From positions 14,423 to 78,422 of the IMG/VR virus record IMGVR_UViG_3300049844_000087: a DNA stretch of 64,000 bases; one strand, 5' to 3'. The DNA comes from a virus (taxonomy: Duplodnaviria; Caudoviricetes). Every line of letters begins with the position of its first letter. Position 1 is the first letter of the stretch. Positions 1 through 10,670 of the stretch are shown in pieces. The notes beneath the pieces are model-generated. The model was given only the letters and a program-made list of their open reading frames with translations. It was not told where the DNA came from and ran no database searches. Both the position numbers and the translations under genes were made by a program.

Positions 1-1244
1 GCTTGAGAAACTTCGATAGCAGAAGCTTTTCCAGGAGTCCTGAAATCCGCAGCAGCAAAAGTAAAAGTTTCTTCTTCGTCACCAACAGAGACGATGATAG
101 TTTCGCCACCAACTAAGTTGTATGGTTCAGACGACTGAGAGATAAGGTTAGCTTTTACGACAGGAAAGTTCTTCAATTGAAAGAACGACTCTCCACCATT
201 CGCTTTAGAAATTAGAACTTCCAAGCCAATAGGAGCAAGTTCGGGCTCAAGGCCACGACCATTGTCGATGTAAACTTTCGTAGGACCATCTGCAAGAATA
301 ACAGGAGGAATAATGTTGGCAGATACGATACGGCTGTTTGAATTAGGATCTACTAGACCTGTGATTCGAGTTCTAACCGAGTCCTTAGTTCCACGAGAAA
401 GAGATTGAATTGTATCTCTAATACGGTCTCTAAGCTCCTGATCGCTTTCTTGGTCTCGACCATTTACGAAAGGAAGAGGGTTAGTTACTGCGGCAGCAGA
501 GAAAGGCTCGTTTACGAACTCAGTAATGGAATCAGAAGGTACGGAAAATCCGCCAGATTCAAGGGCAGTTACGAGAACGTTATCAATACGATTTTCACCG
601 TCAAGCAATGTTACAGATTGATTAAGTTCAAACAATACAGCTTCAGAAAAATCATTAGGTGGAATACGAACTTCTGTTCCAGCCGTAACAGTTCTGTCTC
701 CAAATTGAGCCAGAATAGCTGTTTCATCTGTACCGTGATCTTTTAAAAGATTGGTGTCAAGTGTAATAGTCCAGTACGAACCGTTATTCACTGGAGCGGC
801 AGAATAAGAAATAATACTCTCAGCATTCTGAGTTCCACGTCCTACATAAATAGAACCGCTGGCAGGAAAAGCAGAGGCATCATCTACGTTGATAGTATTT
901 GAGTTTGCTGTCGGTCCTGGAAGACCAGCGTAGATTTTACTAGAGATTTTGTTGAATCGAGTATCAATTACAGAAACGTAACCACTATGAGGTTGAGCGT
1001 CCAGTCTTGTTAGTCCGAACTCTTTAGCTCGTTTATCAAGGTCTTCTCCACTTGTAGTATCCAGGTTGTAAGCCAGGATGATTTCAAGCATAGCAACGTA
1101 CTGTTGAAAGTCTTCTTGCGCAGCAGCTTCAAGTAACGTTAAAATTACTGAGCCAGGATTGAAGTCGTTAATTGGCGTCTCGGCAGAGACTTTTGCCGCC
1201 ATGCTCGCAACTATTTCTGAATGTGATTTTGGACTAAATGCCAT
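1..1244 (-). CDS. Baseplate J-like wedge protein (runs off the window edge)
   Basis: Not in ORF track. Manual translation from ATG 1244: MAFSPKSHSEIVASMAAKVSAETPINDFNPGSVILTLLEAAAQE...GEDLDKRAKEFGLTR...GRDQESDQELRDRI...SRGT, typical baseplate-J motifs; follows the gp25-like gene. Confidence 0.85.
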   Translation of the reverse strand, partial: MAFSPKSHSEIVASMAAKVSAETPINDFNPGSVILTLLEAAAQEDFQQYVAMLEIILAYNLDTTSGEDLDKRAKEFGLTRLDAQPHSGYVSVIDTRFNKISSKIYAGLPGPTANSNTINVDDASAFPASGSIYVGRGTQNAESIISYSAAPVNNGSYWTITLDTNLLKDHGTDETAILAQFGDRTVTAGTEVRIPPNDFSEAVLFELNQSVTLLDGENRIDNVLVTALESGGFSVPSDSITEFVNEPFSAAAVTNPLPFVNGRDQESDQELRDRIRDTIQSLSRGTKDSVRTRITGLVDPNSNSRIVSANIIPPVILADGPTKVYIDNGRGLEPELAPIGLEVLISKANGGESFFQLKNFPVVKANLISQSSEPYNLVGGETIIVSVGDEEETFTFAAADFRTPGKASAIEVSQ

Positions 1245-1245
1245 G

Positions 1246-1665
1246 TTACTCCACCAACGCTAATTGAAGCGGGACCTCTTGATCAGTATTCTTCAAAGTG
1301 ACAAAGATGTCAAGGATATACGAACTACCTTGGACAGTTACATTCACTCTGGCACTGATAAATCTGGGGTCCAATAAAATTGAATTTAAAACTGAAGTCT
1401 TAACTGCAAACGCATCTTTAGTCTTTTCACCTATTTGCAATTGAGTTCCAATGCTAGGGTGATACGGAAGACTGCCGCTTTCTACTTCCAACTTTAATCT
1501 TAAAGCTTGAGCCGCATTATTTACTCCGGCAACTAACTTCAAATCTTTCAAGTTACTCATTTCCAAATCGCCATCAGCATTGATCTTTAAATCAACTCCC
1601 ATGTCCTTTTCTGTCTGCGACATGCCTTTGGTGATGTTGTACTGTTTATTACGAATAACTGACAT
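1246..1665 (-). CDS. Baseplate wedge / sheath initiator, gp25-like
   Basis: 139 aa; GDL...G..N..QAL..KL..E.GSLPYHPSIG pattern; between LysM gene and baseplate J. Confidence 0.8.
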   Translation of the reverse strand: MSVIRNKQYNITKGMSQTEKDMGVDLKINADGDLEMSNLKDLKLVAGVNNAAQALRLKLEVESGSLPYHPSIGTQLQIGEKTKDAFAVKTSVLNSILLDPRFISARVNVTVQGSSYILDIFVTLKNTDQEVPLQLALVE

Positions 1666-1667
1666 TT

Positions 1668-3467
1668 TTAGTTACCTACCATTAATTTATCACCATACGC
1701 CTTAACCCCATCAGCTTTAGTTTGGGCAATATATGGATATTTTAAACTGTTCAATACTGCCAAATCTACCCAACGAGTAACTGTTCCGTATTCTCTAAGT
1801 GAAATTCTTTCAAGCGTGTCACCTTGCATGATGACGATTTCTTTTACCGAAGCTGGAGATTGTAGCTCAACGATATTCTGTAAAAGCTCTTGATCGTTTT
1901 CAAACGTTGATTCAGTGTCGGTTAAGAACATGCTGTTCGTAGCCAATACCTGATTTAAAGCAGAAATAACTTTGATCGTAGCACCCAACAACAAGAACTC
2001 ATTAGAAGTGGCTTGTCGTAATGGATTTGCAATGATGGTTGGAGTTCTATTCTGAATTACATCATAATCTTCATTTCCAAGATTCACGGCATCAGCAATA
2101 TCATCAGCAAGTTTTTGAGCTTCATCTCTCAATGATTGCACAAAAGACTTAGGAAGTGGTTCTCTTGAAGAACTCTCTAAAGCTGAGATTGTAGAAGTTA
2201 CATAACTGTCCGCTTTAGCTTGATTCAGTAAATTGGTAGAAGTCAGGGGATCTGCTGAACCACGAGTGGAAATCTTTCCAATTGACGAGGGATTGTTTGC
2301 AGAAGCGCCGGAGACAGCAGTTGTGGCGATAAAACCAGAAGCCAGCAAATCAGTAGCCAAATCTTTAGCAGGTTTGGTAAAACGATTTTCTTGAATAGTC
2401 AAAATCGACTCATTCAAGTTTCTTCGCAAAATGGCTGGCACCGCAAGAATATTATCTCGGGCATCAGCAAGGTCGTTAAGAGCAGTTCCAAGAAGTCTGA
2501 GAGGTTGGATGAACGTCTTATCAATCTCTTGAGAAACGCTCTGCACCAATCTGTTTGTCGCTCCTACCGCAGCTCTGAACTGATTGATAGCAGCAACGGT
2601 ATTTCGTGAAATATTTACAATGTTATTTAGAATTCCGCCGACATCGGGAGCGCCGTTTCTCTCAGAAGAGAACACAGCATCCAAAGTGGTAATGCACTTA
2701 AGTACAATCCTGTACTGATATTGCATAGGATTCTTAGAGCTTCGTTCCATGTTGAACTCTAAGGGCTCTACAACAAGGGCCTGTTGATCTTTTTCGTTAA
2801 TGAAAACTAGAAACTTTGAACCTTTGTTTTGGATCTTGCTTTGTGCATACTTCAAAAAGAAAGCTCTAAGAGCCATGAACTCTGCATAGCCAGAGATTAC
2901 TGTGGAACTCTTAGAAGTTCCGTTTTCAGCAACACCGCCAGCCTTTGTAGGAGGTTTGGTGAAGTCTTTAAAGTTGGCCTGGTTTCCGCCAAAGTTATCA
3001 CGAGCGCCTGGAAATACGCCTGTAGTTCCGGCAATTACGATGTCTTTAAACACGACGCCTTCAGACTCAACCACAACCCCTCTGCGTGTTGCAGTGATGT
3101 TTGTGGCGAAGACTTCCTTTTGCGTAATAGCTTGGGGAGGGATGTCTAAGTAATAGGTGGCGACTGTAGATTGACTCGAAGAGCCCAAGCCTAAGTTTGT
3201 TCCGAAATCCTTCAGGTCTATGATCTTGAAACCATATCTTAGGCGCTTTTCGCCTTTGCGATTGGTATTACCTGTCCATCTAGTTGGATCAAAGTCTGCG
3301 GTGTCCGCAGTAAGACCTGTATCTCCAGAGCCTTCAGGACGCACCAAGTCACCTGCCAAACCAAGTTTGCCAGAACCGCCAGTGGTTCCTAAACCAAAGA
3401 TATTATTTAGAGATTTTGTAAAGTCCTCAACAATGCTATTGAACGGACCTAGACTTGGAAAAGCCAT
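1668..3467 (-). CDS. Tail tube initiator-like baseplate protein with C-terminal LysM-like domain
   Basis: 599 aa; C-terminal VIMQGDTLERISLREYG...W..LA.LN is LysM-like; baseplate context. Confidence 0.65.
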   Translation of the reverse strand: MAFPSLGPFNSIVEDFTKSLNNIFGLGTTGGSGKLGLAGDLVRPEGSGDTGLTADTADFDPTRWTGNTNRKGEKRLRYGFKIIDLKDFGTNLGLGSSSQSTVATYYLDIPPQAITQKEVFATNITATRRGVVVESEGVVFKDIVIAGTTGVFPGARDNFGGNQANFKDFTKPPTKAGGVAENGTSKSSTVISGYAEFMALRAFFLKYAQSKIQNKGSKFLVFINEKDQQALVVEPLEFNMERSSKNPMQYQYRIVLKCITTLDAVFSSERNGAPDVGGILNNIVNISRNTVAAINQFRAAVGATNRLVQSVSQEIDKTFIQPLRLLGTALNDLADARDNILAVPAILRRNLNESILTIQENRFTKPAKDLATDLLASGFIATTAVSGASANNPSSIGKISTRGSADPLTSTNLLNQAKADSYVTSTISALESSSREPLPKSFVQSLRDEAQKLADDIADAVNLGNEDYDVIQNRTPTIIANPLRQATSNEFLLLGATIKVISALNQVLATNSMFLTDTESTFENDQELLQNIVELQSPASVKEIVIMQGDTLERISLREYGTVTRWVDLAVLNSLKYPYIAQTKADGVKAYGDKLMVGN

Positions 3468-3514
3468 TCTTATATCCTATTTATTTTATTCTCTGTTCAT
3501 TATAACAGAGCCTA

Positions 3515-4729
3515 TTATGGAATTATACTACCCAATGCAGCGTTTGCACCTGCTAAACCTGCGGCCAAACCTTGAAGCGTAGTTTTCACGCTTTTAGCGT
3601 TCTCCACTGCCCTAAGAGTTCCTCTTTGAGTGTTGCCCCTATTGTTAGCCGTCTGGTATCGTTGTTCGTAATAATCCTCAGTTTGTCCTGTGTAATTAGC
3701 TAGAATCTCACCCAAGCGAATAGTCAGAAACGTTGACCTAAGTCCTCGTTCTGAAGCTAGGCTTGAAATTCCAGTATTTGAAATGTCGGTCGTTAGCAGA
3801 TAGTTCGTTAAGTAGTTTTTACTATTGTTTGCATTCGTAGTGGCAGTCGTAATTTGAGCTGCACCGTCTGCGTCTTCATTTCCTGCTAAGGCCGTCAATT
3901 GTTCATTTAGTCTACTAATTCTGTCATTTATTCTAGCTTCCAATTCGCCTATCAAATAGTCCATGAGCGGTTGGTAGTCAGGGTCCGTTGCAGTTTTAAT
4001 AGTCCGTTCTGGATTGGTAAAACCAGTAAAGGAATCTAAAGTAGTTCCGACAGGGATGGTTCCTGTAGGCGGGACTATGAGTTCAATGTCTAGATTTAGT
4101 TTGTACGGCGGTGGCGTGCCTGGGGGTACTGTGGTGTTTGTAACTTTTACAACGGCTAAATCACCGCCATCAATAAGCAAGAAGATAGTGCCTACCGTTA
4201 TTCCAGTAATCGCAACAGAGGCATCTTCTAGTTCCAAAGTCGTACTGCTAGGAGTCAGTGCCGTGAACGTTTCTAAAGTTGGCGGATAAGTTCCTGGACC
4301 ATAGCCATTCACGAGCACGTCTTCAACGTCGGCTTGATCAGCGATGTGAAGCTGTTCATAATTAGGAGCGATAGATGTATAAGCGCCGTCATCAAACTCA
4401 GGGATTCGTACTATGTCGTTAGCTGGGGGCGTGGGCACAAGACGGCCAGTTGGAGGGTTGCTTCCTACTCCGAGAATGTCAGCCTCGACTACAGGGCTCG
4501 CAACGAACTCACCATTAATAGCTTTGCGCTCTGCGTCATAAAACCCTATTACGTTGGTATTGTAATACTCAAACAAATCTTTGAAAGCATCATCAACTTG
4601 TTGCTTTTGCGCAATAATAGGATCTTGCAAAGGAACTGACTCTGTCAACGCCGCAGCTTGTGCAGCGTTACCTGCCATTTCCGCATTGATTGCTTCTGTC
4701 TGTTCGGGTGTTGGAGTTGGTTTTGCCAT
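3515..4729 (-). CDS. Hypothetical virion protein (baseplate region, Pro/Thr-rich)
   Basis: 404-aa ORF co-directional and tightly packed between spike and LysM genes. Confidence 0.55.
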   Translation of the reverse strand: MAKPTPTPEQTEAINAEMAGNAAQAAALTESVPLQDPIIAQKQQVDDAFKDLFEYYNTNVIGFYDAERKAINGEFVASPVVEADILGVGSNPPTGRLVPTPPANDIVRIPEFDDGAYTSIAPNYEQLHIADQADVEDVLVNGYGPGTYPPTLETFTALTPSSTTLELEDASVAITGITVGTIFLLIDGGDLAVVKVTNTTVPPGTPPPYKLNLDIELIVPPTGTIPVGTTLDSFTGFTNPERTIKTATDPDYQPLMDYLIGELEARINDRISRLNEQLTALAGNEDADGAAQITTATTNANNSKNYLTNYLLTTDISNTGISSLASERGLRSTFLTIRLGEILANYTGQTEDYYEQRYQTANNRGNTQRGTLRAVENAKSVKTTLQGLAAGLAGANAALGSIIP

Positions 4730-4730
4730 A

Positions 4731-5714
4731 TTAGTCTTTCAATTTAACAGACTTACTGAGTAAAGTCGAGGGTGGAGGTACTAATGGTGGCGATGTTGGT
4801 GCGGGTACTGGTCCGCCATCTCCCATGTGCGTGTGCGAAGAAAGCCACGCAATAAGCTGTGGACCTAGAGCGGCCAAAGCCGAAGCACCAGTTCCTACAT
4901 CTACAAGGTCTCCTTTAAGTTCAATTTTTCCAGAGTTTCCATCGACAACGATTTCAGTAGAGCCAGCTTTAACAGTAATGGTTTTAGAACCATCGACAGT
5001 AACTTCGGCTCCGCCTTTCGTGACTACAGTTACCTTATCACCTTTGCCATCAAATGTAACTTTCAAGCCAGACTTGTAAATGAACTCTGTTTTCTCAGCA
5101 TCTACGTCATGAGTTTGCTTGATCGTATCCTTTTTCAAGGATATAAGCATACTTCCCTTTTTATCTAACTTGATAAAACTTGGGCCTGTGGCTTCTGCTG
5201 TAAGTTTTCCATCAGGTCCATAAGGAGACTGATATGTGATAGTCCACTCACCATCTTTATTGATTTCTGTCTTCAAACCTCTAACAACTCGGACATAAGA
5301 AATGCCATCGGCTTTTTTACGTCTTTGCTCTTTAGGGTGTGAAAATGCGCCAATGATTATTGGCCTTTGGAAGTTGTTGCCAAAGAATGCTACAGCTACC
5401 AGAGAACCATTTCGATTCTTAAAAGTATTAGTGTTGTCGTTCTTTCCAGTGGAAGCTGCTTCCGCAGGTTCAAATACAAATTCCTCATAATCATTTCCGC
5501 CGCCAAAACTAGTCAGCGATGGAACATTCTTAAACGTGGACATACCAGAAGACATCTCAACTAGGACTTCGTACTCTACGTCGATCTTTGACAGACTCTC
5601 TGGATCATCTGGATAAATGATCTTTTGGACTTGTGCCTTATAGATGGCAGAGCCTAAGTTGTAAACATTACCTGAATCTGGAGATACTGGTTTGAAATAT
5701 GAACTTACTCTCAT
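4731..5714 (-). CDS. Baseplate central spike (gpV/gp5-like)
   Basis: N-terminal OB-fold-like region (LVAVAFFGNNFQRPIIIGAF), repetitive beta-strand C-half, HTH tip motif (SHTH). Confidence 0.75.
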   Translation of the reverse strand: MRVSSYFKPVSPDSGNVYNLGSAIYKAQVQKIIYPDDPESLSKIDVEYEVLVEMSSGMSTFKNVPSLTSFGGGNDYEEFVFEPAEAASTGKNDNTNTFKNRNGSLVAVAFFGNNFQRPIIIGAFSHPKEQRRKKADGISYVRVVRGLKTEINKDGEWTITYQSPYGPDGKLTAEATGPSFIKLDKKGSMLISLKKDTIKQTHDVDAEKTEFIYKSGLKVTFDGKGDKVTVVTKGGAEVTVDGSKTITVKAGSTEIVVDGNSGKIELKGDLVDVGTGASALAALGPQLIAWLSSHTHMGDGGPVPAPTSPPLVPPPSTLLSKSVKLKD

Positions 5715-7327
5715 AATTTTCTCCCAGGTATATTCTCTAGAACTGATTTAACTACTGTGGTTGACTGCATAGTGTCAATTGCGTTCAGCACATTGTTGGC
5801 TTCATAGCAACCACGAATGACTGAAAAATCTGAAACAAAGCTTATGTTACCGCTTGCGAACTGTTCGTAGGTGTGAGTGTACCCTTCTACATGAAACAAC
5901 TGTTTGATGTCTGAGATATAAATATTAGACCCAACAGAGACATGCTCATCTAAACCTTCAACAGAAACTACGCCGTTGTAATATCTCTCAGAATTAAAAA
6001 ACCATTCTGAAAGAAGATCCACACACAAATTACAGTAAGCTACGAAAGCTTCAGACTTGTTTGCAGCATAGGGAGTTTCCACTACTAGGGATCGTAGACC
6101 ATGTCGTTGAACGCTAGGAGGATTGATCGCTGATTTGTACGCCTCTGGATAAGGCGTTTCAATTCTAGGAACTACAACTATGTGATTGATGCGTTCTGCA
6201 TCAGTCATAGATAGACTTTTTCGTTTGATTATCGAAGAGTCGAATGATGTTCTACGAAGAGCGTGTAAAAATGATCGCTTCTCAGCGGGAACAGATGTTG
6301 ATATTTTCAAATTGCCACTGGACACAGAGTAAGGTAATTGCCTAAAGATTAGAGAAGGTTTCAAACCTTTTGGAGTAAAATCCAAATCGCAAAACAACTC
6401 ATTTAATGCTGCGTTTGAATAATAAGAGAGAACTTGCCAAATGCTTCCCGAAGCTGGCAAATTTTGAATGATGACATTTCCAGGAAGTTTGCCTTTGCTA
6501 ATTCCTTGTCCGCCAGCTAAACCTACAAAAGTCGTGTAGTCAAAGATGTCGATAAATGATGGTTTAGTTTTAGTTTGTATGTCAACTCCAAAGTACGCTG
6601 CCAAAGAAGGCGGAATGTACCAGAGTTCGTGCTCAGTGTTCTTTTTAGAGAATAGACCACCGTAGTAAAAACTGACCAAAGCTTTAATTACTTCATCAGG
6701 AGTTGGAGTAGCTGACGCACCTACAATCTTTAAAGAGTCTGATAAAAAGTCCGCACCAAAATAAGTAGCCGCTTGTTCTGCATTCATTACAGGATTATGA
6801 AAAATCTGAGTCTCAAACACTTTTCCAAAATCTTTTCCGGTAATGGAAAAGTATTGTGAAGGAACTCCTGTTTGTGGATTATCGACTTCTTCTATAGTTA
6901 CTTTTTCCACAATCCCTAACATCTTTATGTTTTTCTTTCCAACTTTAGTGTCGGTTTTGGACATGTAGATTATTACCCAATCACCAGGAGAAACTTTCTC
7001 GATGTAATTGATCATAGGTTTCGTGCTGTACTCGTCGGTATCTTTTCCAACTTTACCCGCTTTGAGTAGCATAGAAAATGATCCGGCATGACTGCCTTTG
7101 TCCTTGTTGACTGAGCACCGAACGATGTCGTTATTAACAACCATCACAGGTCGTTCTTTGTTACTTGCTTCAAAATCTCCACCAATCTTATTATTGGCAT
7201 CAAGCTTTACAACTTGTGGAGTAGCTCTATCCCAACGGTAAAAATGAGCCTCACACGTTGGACGTGCTGCGTTCAATAACGCTGTAGTTCCTGGTACTGC
7301 TGGACGACGTAAAGGAGTATTCTTCAT
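5711..7327 (-). CDS. Baseplate hub protein (gp27/gp44-like)
   Basis: 538 aa between tape measure and spike; GKDFGK and ending VG......LFHVEGYTH typical of hub proteins. Confidence 0.65.
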   Translation of the reverse strand: MKNTPLRRPAVPGTTALLNAARPTCEAHFYRWDRATPQVVKLDANNKIGGDFEASNKERPVMVVNNDIVRCSVNKDKGSHAGSFSMLLKAGKVGKDTDEYSTKPMINYIEKVSPGDWVIIYMSKTDTKVGKKNIKMLGIVEKVTIEEVDNPQTGVPSQYFSITGKDFGKVFETQIFHNPVMNAEQAATYFGADFLSDSLKIVGASATPTPDEVIKALVSFYYGGLFSKKNTEHELWYIPPSLAAYFGVDIQTKTKPSFIDIFDYTTFVGLAGGQGISKGKLPGNVIIQNLPASGSIWQVLSYYSNAALNELFCDLDFTPKGLKPSLIFRQLPYSVSSGNLKISTSVPAEKRSFLHALRRTSFDSSIIKRKSLSMTDAERINHIVVVPRIETPYPEAYKSAINPPSVQRHGLRSLVVETPYAANKSEAFVAYCNLCVDLLSEWFFNSERYYNGVVSVEGLDEHVSVGSNIYISDIKQLFHVEGYTHTYEQFASGNISFVSDFSVIRGCYEANNVLNAIDTMQSTTVVKSVLENIPGRKL

Positions 7328-9660
7328 TATTGTCCTTTAGATCGACCACTACCTGAGTATGTGGGATTTTGAATCTGTTGCATGTTCATATCCTTCAGTA
7401 CCTCATTAAATACTTTGACTGCATCTGAGAAAGCAGTCTTCAAGCGGTCCAAGTCTTTAGCAGTATTTTCGATAGCTGTTTTAAACGTGGTTCGACCTAA
7501 GTCAACCTCCGCTTTAGCTAACTGCGCATTTCGCACAGCCATGCCTTGCTCTTGACTTCCAGCTACTTCTTGATTAGTCATGTCTACGCCAGCCTTCAAA
7601 GTTCCAGCTTTAGTTTTCTCTAGGAAAGCTAGATTTTGTTCAGTTGGCAAGCCCGATGACTGCGACATTAAAAGTGCAGTAGGAGTGCCTAAGAGTTCTT
7701 GAGCTTTCTGACTATTCTGTGCTTTGTTCTGAATAAGCTCAGACAAGAATTCTTTTGCTTTTGGATTCGCTGCTAATTCTGGAGATACCGCTTTCATGGC
7801 GTCTTCTACAGTTGCATTTTGACTTAACCTAGACAAGTTTCCGAAATCTAGGCCGCCCAAATTAATACCGTATTTTTTGCTGGTATCTTGTAAATTTAAA
7901 ATGTTACCTAAGCCGCCGAGTCCACCTTTACCAAAACTTGCTTGGTATTGTTGGTCCATTGCTGTCTTAGCTTGCTGCATTGAAGTGTCATCAATACGAC
8001 CTTCACCAAAAGCTGATGCCAGTGAAGTAAACCTATCAGTTATAGTTCCAGTGTTGGTTTTTGCATACAGCGTACTGCCCTGCAATACACTTGAAGTTTC
8101 TTGTAAGAATTTAGAAGTTTTACTGCGATCTAGTCCATTAGCCATTGCACGAGAGATAACCATCTCAGTGCCCATAGCATTTACACCATAAGCTTGACGA
8201 TTAGCACCAGTTAAAGACTGGATCATCTGTCCAGTATCTCCAACACTTGCTCCAGTGTTTAAATTGATTCTTCGAGCAGTATTAATAGAAGACGCAGCAC
8301 CTTCGTTACCTAGCATATCCTGCAAGGTTCCGTATTGCTGAGCAGCTTCTCCAGGACTAAATCCCATAGCCGCAGCTTGAGCTTCATTGAGATTCAACAG
8401 GGCAGATGAACCACCACGCTTAATCATGTCAAGACGTTGACCATTCAAAGCCATTGCTGCATTAGTAGCATCTTGAAGAGGTTGTGTTTCTTTTTGGAAT
8501 CTTGCTGCTCGTTTCTCTGACATTCCCATGTAAGAGTCGATGCCTTTATAAATGGCTCCACCAAGACCGCCGATCAAGGCTCCTACTGCTGTACCCAAAC
8601 CAGGAATGATTGATCCCAATGCTGCGCCTGTCAAGGCTCCAGCACCAGCACCCATAACGGCTCCGCCAGCAGCGGCTCCAACATGGCTCATGCTAAATTG
8701 ACGACCGCTGTCCCTACTGTATTGAGATACAAACTGTCCACCTAAAAGGTTGGAAGTTGATTCGTGTCTTCGACTTGCTTGAAGCATTTTATAATCTTCA
8801 AACGCATTGGCTGCACCCATCATAGCGCCGCCAGCGGCCATCAAGCCGCCAGTACGTCCAAGCATTCTAAGAAGACCGCCGCCACGACCGCCCATGCCGC
8901 CCACGGACTCTGCTAAAGCACGAGCCTTATCATCAGACACGCCCATTGTTCTAGCAATCCTAGCAGTCACGGATCTATCTAATTGCGATTTACGAACCTG
9001 ATCCTCAAGGTGTTTTTTCTTTAGGAATTCAAAACGTTCTGCAATTGACTTTTTCTCGGAGTTTAAATCCTTCTGGCGCTGCGCCTCTTGACGTTGAATC
9101 TCTTTCTGTTCTATCTTAAGCTTCTGAGCTTGCTCACGCTGTTGCTTAACTTCTGCTCGTTTCGATTCTTGTTGCTCTCGTCGTACTTTTTGTTGTTCTT
9201 CTTTTTGCTTTTGAGATTCAACTCGTTTCGCTTCTTTTTGCTCAGCTTTAATCTTTTGAGCCTGTTCTTTCTCAATTAGAGTTTCGTTTTGCTTGATTTC
9301 TTTTTCAGTAGTCTTCTGTATCCGCTGCTCTTCTTTTTTAGCTTCTTCTTGCTTTCGAGCAGCCATCTTGCTCAGTTCACGAGTAGCCTTCTCTTGCTCA
9401 CGAGTAACTTCTTTCTGACGTTGTGCAAATGCCTTCTCAGTCTGATCTTGTTCTTTCTGACGCTGCCTATAAGCGAGGTTAATTTGCTTTGCTTTTTCCA
9501 AATCAGCAGCAACACCACTCTTTTTAGTAGCTTGTGTTCCTGGAGCACCTGTGACACCACGGCCAACGCTCTCTAGGTCTTTCTTTAAACCCGCAATTTC
9601 AGATTTGAGTTTTTGAGTGCCGAGGCTTACCTCTAGCACTAACTGTTTTTTAATGTCCAT
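7327..9660 (-). CDS. Tape measure protein
   Basis: 777 aa; E/K/Q coiled-coil N-half, Gly/Ala-rich GAxxGA repeats; follows tail chaperones. Confidence 0.85.
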   Translation of the reverse strand: MDIKKQLVLEVSLGTQKLKSEIAGLKKDLESVGRGVTGAPGTQATKKSGVAADLEKAKQINLAYRQRQKEQDQTEKAFAQRQKEVTREQEKATRELSKMAARKQEEAKKEEQRIQKTTEKEIKQNETLIEKEQAQKIKAEQKEAKRVESQKQKEEQQKVRREQQESKRAEVKQQREQAQKLKIEQKEIQRQEAQRQKDLNSEKKSIAERFEFLKKKHLEDQVRKSQLDRSVTARIARTMGVSDDKARALAESVGGMGGRGGGLLRMLGRTGGLMAAGGAMMGAANAFEDYKMLQASRRHESTSNLLGGQFVSQYSRDSGRQFSMSHVGAAAGGAVMGAGAGALTGAALGSIIPGLGTAVGALIGGLGGAIYKGIDSYMGMSEKRAARFQKETQPLQDATNAAMALNGQRLDMIKRGGSSALLNLNEAQAAAMGFSPGEAAQQYGTLQDMLGNEGAASSINTARRINLNTGASVGDTGQMIQSLTGANRQAYGVNAMGTEMVISRAMANGLDRSKTSKFLQETSSVLQGSTLYAKTNTGTITDRFTSLASAFGEGRIDDTSMQQAKTAMDQQYQASFGKGGLGGLGNILNLQDTSKKYGINLGGLDFGNLSRLSQNATVEDAMKAVSPELAANPKAKEFLSELIQNKAQNSQKAQELLGTPTALLMSQSSGLPTEQNLAFLEKTKAGTLKAGVDMTNQEVAGSQEQGMAVRNAQLAKAEVDLGRTTFKTAIENTAKDLDRLKTAFSDAVKVFNEVLKDMNMQQIQNPTYSGSGRSKGQ

Positions 9661-10208
9661 TAAAATCTATTTCCCTTTTTGCAATTATCGGATTTAGAAA
9701 GATATTGAAGATTTGTTTCAATGTGTAGTCCACAAATATTTTTACCCTTTAAAGGGATAACGTGATCTACTTCCATACCGATAGGACAGTTTAAATAAAT
9801 CTGCTCTATTTTTTGTAAATCTGCCCATTTAGGCGTTGCCTTTAAAAGTCGAGCACGTCTTGCCGCTTGAATTTTTCTGTGCTGTTCAGGATTAAGTCTT
9901 CTCCAATTATCTTTTATTAAATTACTTTGCTTTCGATTAGCTTTGGCCCATTTTTTATTTTTTTCATCTAAACGATCTTTGTGAGTTTGGTAGTAACGTT
10001 TTGCATATTCTGGGTCATTGAATTTTTCTGCGTTTTCCTGTCTATACTGTTTATTATAATTTTGTCTTTTAGGATTAGATTTCGTCCAAGCTTTAAAAAG
10101 TTCAGCTCTACAGCATTTACATTCATTTCTATAGCCATCTTTATAAGCCTTAGACTTGGCCATTTCTTCTAACGGTTTTTGTCTGTTGCAACGTTTACAA
10201 AGCTTCAT
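9660..10208 (-). CDS. HNH endonuclease (homing-type)
   Basis: N-terminal CxxC...CxxC, C-terminal EVDHVIPLKGKNICGLHIETNLQYL...N..K.N. Confidence 0.85.
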   Translation of the reverse strand: MKLCKRCNRQKPLEEMAKSKAYKDGYRNECKCCRAELFKAWTKSNPKRQNYNKQYRQENAEKFNDPEYAKRYYQTHKDRLDEKNKKWAKANRKQSNLIKDNWRRLNPEQHRKIQAARRARLLKATPKWADLQKIEQIYLNCPIGMEVDHVIPLKGKNICGLHIETNLQYLSKSDNCKKGNRF

Positions 10209-10657
10209 TCTTCATCCTGCGAGTCAAACGTACTCAGCTTAGGAAATTCTGTAGTAATTCGGTCAGGTAGCTCTCTTAACTTAGCCCGAAGTTCTTGGTC
10301 TTTGTTACGACGCTTATCCTTTTGACTTTCTTCATATTGTAGCATTCCTTGGACCATCTCTTCGTCGGTAACGTACTCCTCTTCCATTTCTTCTCGGAGC
10401 CAACGTTCGTAATCATCCTCGCCATCGGTGATCAATCGTTCTATAGTTTGCGGATCGTCTTGCAACTTGTGCATGTAATAGAACGTAACCAACTCTTCAA
10501 GAGTCAGTTCTTGTAAACGTTCATCATTGGGAGTAGTCTCAAACTTCGTACAAAACCAAGCTATCAAATACCGCTCCAGACCTTCCATCGAAGCAGTATT
10601 GGCATTCACCATTTCGTGAGCCGCTTTTACAAAGTTGAGAACGCCGAGCTTCGACAT
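10205..10657 (-). CDS. Tail assembly chaperone-like protein
   Basis: Acidic 150 aa, position just before tape measure. Confidence 0.55.
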   Translation of the reverse strand: MSKLGVLNFVKAAHEMVNANTASMEGLERYLIAWFCTKFETTPNDERLQELTLEELVTFYYMHKLQDDPQTIERLITDGEDDYERWLREEMEEEYVTDEEMVQGMLQYEESQKDKRRNKDQELRAKLRELPDRITTEFPKLSTFDSQDEE

Positions 10658-10670
10658 CCAAAACCTCTAA

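Noticed and set aside
405-746. Plus-strand 113-aa ORF and other plus-strand ORFs across 1-29 kb
   Set aside because: Antisense shadows of the continuous minus-strand structural genes; no SD, no recognisable motifs
7327-9660. E/K/Q-rich and GAxxGA repeats as a novel repeat system
   Set aside because: Ordinary tape-measure features
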